Source: Candidatus Hydrogenedentota bacterium (lineage in GTDB: Bacteria > Hydrogenedentota > Hydrogenedentia > Hydrogenedentales > SLHB01). From it: a stretch of 64,000 nt of DNA. The position numbers and the translations under genes are program-made. Below, piece after piece: positions 36,366 to 44,896 of the stretch. The stretch covers positions 128,001-192,000 of the forward strand of contig CAXXTH010000023.1 in the NCBI GenBank assembly GCA_963668025.2. Reading direction: 5' to 3'. The first letter of the stretch is position 1. Every line of letters begins with the position of its first letter. The notes under the pieces are model-generated. The model saw nothing but the letters and a program-made list of their open reading frames with translations. It was not told where the DNA came from and searched no databases.

Positions 36366-36941
36366 TTATCGTGGTTGCGCCTTATATACAAAATTAAAAT
36401 CCGCCTCGTTCAATCCAGGCGCTTCTTCATCTTTTTTTGTAATCAGCGAAGGCTCGATGGGCCATTGAATGCCCACCACCGGGCATTTATACGAAAGGCT
36501 GCGCTCCGCTTCGGGCGTATGCATGTGGGTGCATTTGTAGTGGACGAGAGAGTTGTCTTCGAGCGCAACAAAGCCATGGGCGAATCCCACGGGCACCCAT
36601 AGGGTAAGGGCGTTCGCGGCGGAAAGCTCGAATCCCCGCCATTGGCCGAAGGTGGGCGAGCCCCGGCGCAAATCCACCACTACATCATAGACCGCCCCAT
36701 TAACGGCGCGCACGAGTTTGCCCATTCCATGGGGATCGAGCTGGTAATGCATGCCTCGCATGGTGCCTCGAGCCGAACAGCTCAGATTATCCTGCACAAA
36801 TGATTCCGCGAAACCTTGTTCCGACCATATGCGCTGGGAATATGTCTCCGAGAAAAAACCGCGCGCATCCCGCGCGATGCCGGTTTTGATGATGAGCACG
36901 CCATTCATATCGATGGATTGAACTTCAACGGGCATGGGCAT
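36366..36941 (-). CDS. rfbC: dTDP-4-dehydrorhamnose 3,5-epimerase
   Basis: DARGFFSE, VQDNLS.S..GTMRGMHYQ, DLRRGSPTFGQW and VPVGFAHGF motifs. Confidence 0.97.
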   Translation of the reverse strand: MPMPVEVQSIDMNGVLIIKTGIARDARGFFSETYSQRIWSEQGFAESFVQDNLSCSARGTMRGMHYQLDPHGMGKLVRAVNGAVYDVVVDLRRGSPTFGQWRGFELSAANALTLWVPVGFAHGFVALEDNSLVHYKCTHMHTPEAERSLSYKCPVVGIQWPIEPSLITKKDEEAPGLNEADFNFVYKAQPR

Positions 36942-37125
36942 AGGCTAATTCTCCATGATGATTTTACTACATGGCCATACTAAACCATGGATCACGGGCT
37001 TTTCTAGTCCTTTGATGCCAGTGAAGAGCGATGTTTTTTTACCATGTGAGAATTAGCATATGGATTGCGGAATATCAATGATGAGAAATTCGAAAATACA
37101 ACCAACCGCTCTGAATGGCGGGGAA

Positions 37126-37183
37126 AGCCCCACCCCTACTACCTTTTAGTGCGTTTAGTATATTTCGTAGTCCATAAATCCGG
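37126..37183. repeat. Solo periodic arm plus REP-like half site (copy 1)
   Basis: AGCCCCACCCCTAC...TTTAGTGCG-TTTAGTATA-TTTCGTAGTCCATAAATCCGG; direct copy at 38831-38878. Confidence 0.7.
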
Positions 37184-37226
37184 GCCTTCAGCCACAACAA
37201 TGCCATATTATGTAAGCAGAATCGCT

Positions 37227-38528
37227 TCAACCATACATGCGCTCGATCTCCTCGCGCATGACACGGGTCCAAGCCTCGAGGTATTCCGGGTGGCCGTTGT
37301 AAGACATAGTGTCCTTCAGGATGAACTCCGCCACGCAGCCGCGCGTGATCTCGAACTCTTTACGCATCTTGCGCCGGACATGCTCGGGGTCGAAATCCTG
37401 GACCACATCCGTGGGATGCACTTTGCGGGATAGGATGTATTGATCCCCCAATTCCTCGACGGCCTTATCAAGCGAGCACCATGGACTCACGGACATGCGG
37501 CACAGATTGGGGATGCGGCGTTTGCACATCTCGAACTTGTGGGTCAACGGCTCACAACATCCGTATGAATTCATGCCATACCGGCGAAGCAGGCGCAGTT
37601 CATATTCGAGGATGAATTCCTCGTGCATCTCGGGTCCGACTTCGGATGCCGACTGGGCCAGGCCATGGCCCCAAAGATCACTCAGGCGGACATGCTGGGC
37701 GTCGAACCCAGGGCCGGGCAATTCCTCGGTGAACGCGATGCCGCCGCTGTCCACATAATGCCCCTCGTTGTTCAATTCGAGGTGGCCTTCCCGCTCGAAG
37801 TATTCGGCCATGCCCAGGAAAGCATCCGCCAGAAAGCTCATGAGCTCATGCACGAATCCGGGATTCATGCACATGTCCAGCATCAACTGCTCGATGCCCC
37901 GGAAGTAAATGGCGTTATCGAACAGCAGCGTTTGCGGCGGATGGAGCGCCATGCGGATCGGCAAAATGTCGCCCACGGCTTCCTCGAGGGCTTCCCGCTG
38001 CCGGGCCGTGGCGGCCACATCCACCTCGGCGGCCATGGGCTTACACTGCGCCAAGTCATTGAATTCCTGGACTAATGGTTTCCAGGTGTAGGCGGTCTTG
38101 CCACTCTCGGACGAAGTTTCGTATTCCAGCTCCTTGCCCCAATTGCTATATCGCACGGCTTTCTCCAGCCACAAACAGGGCGGGATCACCAAGTCGTCGT
38201 GGATATGCGCATCACGGTAGAGATAGTGCCGCAACACCCATTCCCATTGCTTCCAGAAGGGATCGCGGATCACGAGCGCATCATCGCCCAGGAACTCCGG
38301 CCAGCTATCTTCCGGAAACGCGAGAAACATCGGGCGGCGCGGCTGGAGCCGGATTAAGTCATACCAGAGCTTGCGTTTTTCAGCTTGTTCCGGGCGGAGT
38401 GCGATTTCCTTCACCCGCTGGGCCAATTCGCGCAATAGTGTTCGTTCTTCTGGTTGAAGCGCGCCCGGCAAGGCGTCCGCAGGGCTCCATGAGGCAATGA
38501 ATCCGCCGGTGGGATAAATGACAGTCAT
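37227..38528 (-). CDS. Uroporphyrinogen decarboxylase-like (URO-D/methyltransferase superfamily) protein
   Basis: RGIEQLMLDM...P.FVHELM, V.PEMHEEF, YGCCEPL and SVSPW motifs. Confidence 0.7.
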   Translation of the reverse strand: MTVIYPTGGFIASWSPADALPGALQPEERTLLRELAQRVKEIALRPEQAEKRKLWYDLIRLQPRRPMFLAFPEDSWPEFLGDDALVIRDPFWKQWEWVLRHYLYRDAHIHDDLVIPPCLWLEKAVRYSNWGKELEYETSSESGKTAYTWKPLVQEFNDLAQCKPMAAEVDVAATARQREALEEAVGDILPIRMALHPPQTLLFDNAIYFRGIEQLMLDMCMNPGFVHELMSFLADAFLGMAEYFEREGHLELNNEGHYVDSGGIAFTEELPGPGFDAQHVRLSDLWGHGLAQSASEVGPEMHEEFILEYELRLLRRYGMNSYGCCEPLTHKFEMCKRRIPNLCRMSVSPWCSLDKAVEELGDQYILSRKVHPTDVVQDFDPEHVRRKMRKEFEITRGCVAEFILKDTMSYNGHPEYLEAWTRVMREEIERMYG

Positions 38529-38830
38529 GCGTGCGGCCTCCTAAACAGGTTGCATAAAAAACAATGATATGAAATGGTAACCGTTTTCTTTTTGGAAAAG
38601 CAACTATCTTGATCAGCACAAGAGGTGTGTTTACGGCCACTCATTTCATGGCGAGGCTTGCGGCTATTGTCTATATACTCATATGGCAAGATGCAGATGG
38701 GAATAGGGAATCAAAACACTTTGGAAATACTCGCATTGTAATCTGCCGTAACCGTATTTTCTTATAACGATTTTCTTTGTAAGAGAATATCATGCGTTCT
38801 TATTGAGGCATATCCTTGAACGGTGGAGCC

Positions 38831-38892
38831 AGCCCCACCCTACAAAAATTTCGTATATTTCGTGGTTCATAAATCCGGATCTTTGGTTGTGG
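38831..38892. repeat. Solo periodic arm plus REP-like half site (copy 2) with 20-bp leader
   Basis: AGCCCCACCCTAC...TTTCGTATA-TTTCGTGGTTCATAAATCCGG; 38873-38892 is the exact reverse complement of 14620-14639. Confidence 0.75.
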
Positions 38893-38907
38893 TTATGCCG
38901 ATTCATG

Positions 38908-40053
38908 CTATTCCTGGCCAGAAGCAGCACTATACGATTTCACCAGTTCATCAACCGAAAACCGCTCGAACACGATGCGCTCGTAGGGATTCTCAACTCC
39001 GGCTTCATACAGGCAAGCAGCTTCGCCGCCGGGCAATGGCGCGAGGCAGGAATAGGCCGAAGGGCCAGCATACAACACTTTGGAGGCGGGCCACGTTTCT
39101 CCTTCGTCCAAGCTCACACGCACGGTCATGCTGGCGCGCTGTTCCTGGCTGGCGGGATTCAAAAACAACAGGCGGATATGGCCATTGGCGTCCATTTGGC
39201 GAATGAGGCTGGCCTGGCAAATGGGGTCGGGCAAACCGGAGTCGTGTTTCGGAACCGACCATGTCAGGCCGCCGTCTTCGCTAAAAGAAACCGCCCGGCT
39301 TTTGTTTGTGAGGTCATAACTCCGCATGTTCAAGAGCACCCGGCCATCCGAAAGCTCGGCGGCTTGGCATTCATTCACTTGATCGGCGGGGGTGTTGCCG
39401 CCGAGTTTCCAGGTGGCTCCATGGTCATCTGAATAAATAGCATGGGAATAATACTTGCCGTTTCCGGCCTCGATATGGTCACATGGGATCAACAGGCGGC
39501 CCGCGTGCGGCCCGGCTTCGAGCTGAATGCCCACGCCCGGACCGGTGGCGTACCAGGTCCAATGGGGCTTCTTGACATCCGCCGTGATTTCACGCGGCGC
39601 GGACCAGGTACGGCCATTGTCTTTCGACTCGCAGACATACACCCGGCGCGTGTCTGCGCCCTTTCCCGCAATGATTTTTCCTTCATCATCTTCGCCGAGG
39701 TTCCAGGTCATCAGCAGATGAATGGCGCCAGTTGTTCGATCCACTACGGGACAAGGATTGCCGCAGGTGTTCCCGCCATCATTCCACACCACCTGAACAT
39801 CCTGCCAAGTAGCGCCGCCATCTTCACTGCGTTTGAGCAGGAGGTCGATATTGCCCGAATCGGAAAGGCCACCCACCCGGCCTTCACAGAAGGCAAGCAG
39901 TGCGCCGTTTGGCGCGGGCAGCAGCGCGGGAATGCGATAGGTGTTGTACCCATCTTCGCCGCTGATGAACACCGCCTTTCCCGGTATGTTAGCGGATGCT
40001 ATGTCCGCCGGAACAGAGAACACCGACGCCGCAATTAACGAGAAGCAAAGCAT
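38908..40053 (-). CDS. Sialidase family protein (GH33, BNR/Asp-box repeats)
   Basis: YRIP motif; Asp boxes [32 protein letters not shown] and SLDEGETW; signal peptide. Confidence 0.92.
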   Translation of the reverse strand: MLCFSLIAASVFSVPADIASANIPGKAVFISGEDGYNTYRIPALLPAPNGALLAFCEGRVGGLSDSGNIDLLLKRSEDGGATWQDVQVVWNDGGNTCGNPCPVVDRTTGAIHLLMTWNLGEDDEGKIIAGKGADTRRVYVCESKDNGRTWSAPREITADVKKPHWTWYATGPGVGIQLEAGPHAGRLLIPCDHIEAGNGKYYSHAIYSDDHGATWKLGGNTPADQVNECQAAELSDGRVLLNMRSYDLTNKSRAVSFSEDGGLTWSVPKHDSGLPDPICQASLIRQMDANGHIRLLFLNPASQEQRASMTVRVSLDEGETWPASKVLYAGPSAYSCLAPLPGGEAACLYEAGVENPYERIVFERFSVDELVKSYSAASGQE

Positions 40054-40144
40054 TTCAGGAACTCCTCCGATTTCGTTCTAAGATATGAGCTAAAACTGCA
40101 TTAGAGATGTCTTGCTTTTTGTGGCATAGATAGACGCCTTCCGT

Positions 40145-41116
40145 TCAATCATTGAAGGCGGCTTCGAATGCATCCTTCACTTCCCGCTCACTTCGTTCAC
40201 GTATCGCATCCAGGATGTCTTTTTTCAATTCATCCAAATAACAGGCGCCCAATACGGATATGGCTCCCGCCGCAATGAATTTGTTTGCTTCCCGGATAAT
40301 CTCCAGCAAGAATGCAATGCTCTCCTCGCTGCGCATTAACGCCAATGGCAGCAACAGCATGCGCCGTGATTCCGCGTCCACGCAAGATTCCCACCGGGCT
40401 CGAAGCAAGGCAAAAGCGTCTTCCCGGTGCGATTCGCCCAAGGCGATGGCCGCCGCCTCCGCGATGGCCGGTTCCTCGCTGTCCATACGGGCGGCTACGA
40501 ATTCGAGAGAACGGGCAGGTTCGAGGCGCATCAACGCCGCAAGGCAATCGCCCATGATGTCCGGATCGGGATCGCCCGCGAGCGCCTTCATCCGCAACAG
40601 CAGTTCGCCCTCGGTTCCGCCCACATACGCCACCGCTTGTATAGCCGCGCGCCGGGCAGGCGGTTCTGGGTCCATGAGCAGCCCCGCCAGTTCAAACAGC
40701 GCATCCGGGTAATTGGTCTGTGCAAGCGCCTGGCCGCAGGCTCCTCGAAGAGCGCCTGCCGTATCTTCGGGCATCCCCCAAGTGGGCTCCATCTGCACAT
40801 GGCGCACCCCTGCAAGAAACACGCGGTCTGCTTCTACTTCGAGCGCCCGAAGGGCTTCCACGATGGCCAGTTTCGCGATGCAGCCGCCGTCCCGCTGGAC
40901 CGGTTTCTCCATGAAACGGGTGAAGGCATCCGCCAGCTCGGACTCCATTTGTGTCAAGCCTTTGGCCCTGGCGATATGGGCCGCTTGGGCGGCCACGATA
41001 TTCGATCCGGAAGCGAGGGCTTTTTTGAGTTCTTTGCACAGGACATCATCGGGCGCTTCCTGGGCCAGCGTGATAAGCCGCGCCCGTTTTTCTTCCGTGG
41101 CGTCTTTCTTCACCAT
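40145..41116 (-). CDS. HEAT-repeat protein
   Basis: Helical repeats such as LLMDPEPPARRAAIQAV and DSEEPAIAEAAAIALGE. Confidence 0.75.
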   Translation of the reverse strand: MVKKDATEEKRARLITLAQEAPDDVLCKELKKALASGSNIVAAQAAHIARAKGLTQMESELADAFTRFMEKPVQRDGGCIAKLAIVEALRALEVEADRVFLAGVRHVQMEPTWGMPEDTAGALRGACGQALAQTNYPDALFELAGLLMDPEPPARRAAIQAVAYVGGTEGELLLRMKALAGDPDPDIMGDCLAALMRLEPARSLEFVAARMDSEEPAIAEAAAIALGESHREDAFALLRARWESCVDAESRRMLLLPLALMRSEESIAFLLEIIREANKFIAAGAISVLGACYLDELKKDILDAIRERSEREVKDAFEAAFND

Positions 41117-41204
41117 GCCATATACTCCTTCTGTTGCGCGGCTTTTGCCGTGCAGCCACTATCGAGTATCATGTCCTCTTTCAAGGCATGGAGACAATAA
41201 CTAA

Positions 41205-44200
41205 ATGAAGCGCTTCCTTTGCTTGCTCGTTTTGGGGCCAGTGGGCCTTTGTGCTTGGGCGCAAACGATAAACGTCGTGCCTCAGTCTTCCTACTGGGCA
41301 CCGCCGGTAGCCTGGGGCGTTCCCCTCGAAGGCGGGCCGCTCCGCGCTATTATCGCCGCGCCGGAACGGGGCATGCGTGATGTGGATGAATTGGCCCAAC
41401 GTATCGAACTAGCCCCGCAGGCCGTTGCGCTAGACGCCATGGGAGCCGAAGACGCAGGCGCATGGCTCCGTGAACGTGTGGCGGAGGGCCTTACTAAATC
41501 GGGCGGCATGTTCTCGGACACGGCCGGGCACGACCTCATCCTGCTTGGGGGAGTAGGCCTTGCTTCCCTGCCGGAAGACTCGATTGACGCCCTGCTCGAC
41601 GCAGTGAACAAAGGTATGGGCCTCGTGTATGTCATCTACGACACGCCTCCGCCGCCCAAGCTGCAAGAAGCCATTGACCGCATGGCCCCCGTAGATTCGC
41701 TTGAGCCCATCACGCGCGGGCTCGGCGAGTCGATGACCCCCGAATGGCGGGAGGGCATCCTGTTCTTGTCGGCGGGAACGATTGGGGAAGGCCGTGTGGC
41801 GGTGTTTGATTTCGGCGGCCCGGCCCCCATCAGCCATTTCTTGACGCCGCCCCTCGCGAATCCCTTGCTGGCGGAAGAAGAGCATTTCGATGTGTATTAC
41901 AGCATAATGGCGCGGGCGGTGCGATGGGTGGCCAAGCATGAGCCTAAGGTTTGGATCGCCGCGCTTGAAACGGTCCTGGTGGAACCCGACAAAACCCAAA
42001 TCCCTCCCGAACTGCCCCAGGCGTATGTGGATAATATGCAAAACTCCGTCCTGGGCAGCGGAGCGGCGTCTTATCTCCTCTATCTAAATGTCCCCGCTAC
42101 CGAAAATTACCAAGTGGAAAGCCAGCTCCGCCAGCCGGGGCGCAATTGGCAGCTCAAACGCACGTATACGGACCTGATTCCCAAGGGCGCGGATTCATAT
42201 GCATTAAACCTGCCCACCGGTCCAGGCGACTATTTTTTGGATTTATGGCTTCGCGACGAGAATGGGCGCGTGGTGGATTGGTACACGGAAGGCATCACGG
42301 TGGAAGGCTGGCCCTCGATCAGCGCGGTCCGCCTTTCCCGCGCCAGCGTGTATCCACAAGATAAGGTGGATGTGTCCGTGCAGACCGACGCCCCCCGAGG
42401 CGTGGCATCCGTTGTAGCGGTCCGCGCATCCGATATGTTCGGGCGGCTCGTGGCGCAAGGTGAAGCGCCCGCTCCCGAAGGCGGCGGCTCCACCACCATC
42501 CATTTGGAACTATCCGACCTTGTCGCGCGCATGCTCAAGATCGAGGCGTACGCCTTCCCCGCCACGAATCTGCCTACGCCAAAAGTAATCGAATTGAACC
42601 AGGCCGCTTATGCGTATGCGTATTTGCCCGTTATCCAGCCCAGCACCGACCTTTCTTTCAGCTTGGTTGTGCGCGCCGACGGCTCCGCTGAACATAACCA
42701 GCGCGCCTTTTTACGCACGTTAGCCAGTTTAGGCGCTGTCTCGGCGTATGCCCATGGAACAGAAGAATCGGGCTATTACCTCGCCCAAGCAGGATTGCGC
42801 CCCTTGTATGAAATCGCGCACTGGACGCCGGAAACCATCGTGGACGGCGTGGTGCGCGTACCCAGTTTCGCCGATGGAGAATATCAATACAAAGAAACCG
42901 AGCGCATCCGCAATCAATGCAGCGCCATCTGGGGCGGTGAATCGGCATTGTATTCGCTGGGTGATGGGAATTGCCTCGCCGCCGGGCGCGAAAACGCCTG
43001 CCAGTCCGCTGACTCGCTCGCGGGCTTCCGCAAGTCGCTCCAGCAAATGTATGGCGGCCTCGACCGCCTCAACGCCTCCTGGCGCACCCAATTCGAGCGC
43101 TGGGAAGATGTCACCCCTGCGCCCGAAGAAGCGGCTTCGGTGCTGGGGGCCTACGCGCCATGGCTCGACTTCAGGCTCTTTATGGATCGCCAGTTTACGG
43201 AGATGCTTGCCCTCGGGCGCGACGCCGTGCGCGGCGCGCGCCCTGATGCGCGTGCAGGATTTATCGCCCGCCCTGGCGAGCTTCCTTATTTGGGCTACGA
43301 CTGGCGCGCGCTGGCCGATGGCTTGTCCGTGCTGGGCGTTCCACCAGAACGCGGCGCGATAGGCCGCATCGGTTCGTATGCCGCACCCAGCGCCTTCACG
43401 CCGCTATGCCTATGGCAAGCCACCGACAGTTCCAAGCCAGAGGAAGACGCAGCCAAGCCATCTGATGAGGGCAAATCCACCGGCCCATTTTCCCGTTTAA
43501 AAACGGCCTTTCGCGCCAAACAGCCAGAAGGCGCGGCCCCCTCATTCGCCTGGTATCCATGGGTTGCGGTGATGCATGGCTTAAACGCTGTGGGATGGGA
43601 CGCTTCACAATGGAACTGCGCTCTTGATGCAAAAGGGGAACCCACGCCGGAATTTCGTTCCCTTCTGGATGGCTTGGCCCCGCTTCAACACGGCATGGGC
43701 GCATTGCTGCGGGACGCCAAGCGGACGCCTTCTGATATCGCCATCTATGACAGCCAGGCAAGCCGGTATCTCGCGGATATCCTCCCCAAAGACGCCCCGG
43801 AGCTTGCGCGCCAGGAAGGCCTGGAAACATGCCTGGCTTCCCTTGGATACCCCAGCGCATACATTGCCCCGGCCGATTTGGCCACCGGCAAGCTATCCCA
43901 GTATAAAGTGTTGGCGCTGCCTTGCTGTATTGCCTTGAGCGACACGGAGACCGTGGCCATCCGGACGTTCCAAGCCGCTGGCGGTATTTTACTGGCTGAT
44001 GTCGAGCCCGGCGTCTTTGACGCCCACGGATTCCGCCGCGCCCAGCCCGCCCTCGCTGATCTGTTCGCCGCGCCCGCCGGCGCAAAAACCACGGCAATAG
44101 CGCTGTGGAACCGCCCTGAAAATGAAGACCCCACGAACACTATCCGCAATGCCTTCACGGCGGCGGGCCTGAATCCCCCCGCAGAAATCAGCCTGAGCGG

Positions 44201-44768
44201 AACAGACCGCTTCCCCGGGTGTTGTACGGTGTGGGAGTATGGCGAGGCGAAGCTCTACGCTTTCTTGCGGGAACCGGATTCATCCGGCTCTGATTCCGCC
44301 ACGGTCAAACTCAAAGATCCCCGCGTGTTGTACAATCCCCTGCTGGGAGTAAAAGAGCTGCGTCCAAAAAAAGTACACTTGGCTCTTCCGGCAGGCCAGG
44401 CAGCCGTACTCACCTCGCTCCCATATGAAGTGTCGGATATTGTGCTCGAAACTCCAGATAAAACACTCACGGGCCGCCGCTTGCCGGTGCGCATCTCGTT
44501 CAAAACCTCGGGAGGGCTGCCCGGCAGCCATCTTTGCTACGTGACGCTGGAATACCTCCCCATGCTGGGCGGCAACATAAACTCCCAGGTAGGCAGCGCA
44601 TTGCCTCGATACAGCCGTACGGCGGCTTGCCCGCAAGGAAAAGGAGAAACCTATTTCCCATTGGCCATCAACGAATGGCCCGGGAAATACCTCCTTCGTG
44701 TGCGGGATGTCCTCACCGGCATCTCACGGGAAACCACGCTAACCGTTGAAACGCGGGGGGATTCATGA
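41205..44768 (+). CDS. Secreted GH42-like (beta-galactosidase-related) multidomain protein
   Basis: Signal peptide; FRKSLQQMYGGLDRLNASWRTQF..W...WLDFRLF; trimerisation-like L..YKVLALP...LSD.E...F..AGG.LLAD..PG.FD.HG; catalytic residues not verified. Confidence 0.7.
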   Translation: MKRFLCLLVLGPVGLCAWAQTINVVPQSSYWAPPVAWGVPLEGGPLRAIIAAPERGMRDVDELAQRIELAPQAVALDAMGAEDAGAWLRERVAEGLTKSGGMFSDTAGHDLILLGGVGLASLPEDSIDALLDAVNKGMGLVYVIYDTPPPPKLQEAIDRMAPVDSLEPITRGLGESMTPEWREGILFLSAGTIGEGRVAVFDFGGPAPISHFLTPPLANPLLAEEEHFDVYYSIMARAVRWVAKHEPKVWIAALETVLVEPDKTQIPPELPQAYVDNMQNSVLGSGAASYLLYLNVPATENYQVESQLRQPGRNWQLKRTYTDLIPKGADSYALNLPTGPGDYFLDLWLRDENGRVVDWYTEGITVEGWPSISAVRLSRASVYPQDKVDVSVQTDAPRGVASVVAVRASDMFGRLVAQGEAPAPEGGGSTTIHLELSDLVARMLKIEAYAFPATNLPTPKVIELNQAAYAYAYLPVIQPSTDLSFSLVVRADGSAEHNQRAFLRTLASLGAVSAYAHGTEESGYYLAQAGLRPLYEIAHWTPETIVDGVVRVPSFADGEYQYKETERIRNQCSAIWGGESALYSLGDGNCLAAGRENACQSADSLAGFRKSLQQMYGGLDRLNASWRTQFERWEDVTPAPEEAASVLGAYAPWLDFRLFMDRQFTEMLALGRDAVRGARPDARAGFIARPGELPYLGYDWRALADGLSVLGVPPERGAIGRIGSYAAPSAFTPLCLWQATDSSKPEEDAAKPSDEGKSTGPFSRLKTAFRAKQPEGAAPSFAWYPWVAVMHGLNAVGWDASQWNCALDAKGEPTPEFRSLLDGLAPLQHGMGALLRDAKRTPSDIAIYDSQASRYLADILPKDAPELARQEGLETCLASLGYPSAYIAPADLATGKLSQYKVLALPCCIALSDTETVAIRTFQAAGGILLADVEPGVFDAHGFRRAQPALADLFAAPAGAKTTAIALWNRPENEDPTNTIRNAFTAAGLNPPAEISLSGTDRFPGCCTVWEYGEAKLYAFLREPDSSGSDSATVKLKDPRVLYNPLLGVKELRPKKVHLALPAGQAAVLTSLPYEVSDIVLETPDKTLTGRRLPVRISFKTSGGLPGSHLCYVTLEYLPMLGGNINSQVGSALPRYSRTAACPQGKGETYFPLAINEWPGKYLLRVRDVLTGISRETTLTVETRGDS

Positions 44769-44824
44769 GTTTGGCAAGCGGCCAAAAAACAACGCGTATG
44801 CGGGCAAAAAACACGGGCTTTCTC

Positions 44825-44853
44825 TTGAAAACATTCCGATACCATTCTAGAAT
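44825..44853 (+). promoter_or_regulatory. Sigma70-type promoter
   Basis: TTGAAA-17 bp-TAGAAT upstream of the GGAGG RBS and ATG 44897. Confidence 0.6.
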
Positions 44854-44896
44854 CCCTATTTAGAACACTACAAAACATGAGGAGGGGGAGGCCATT

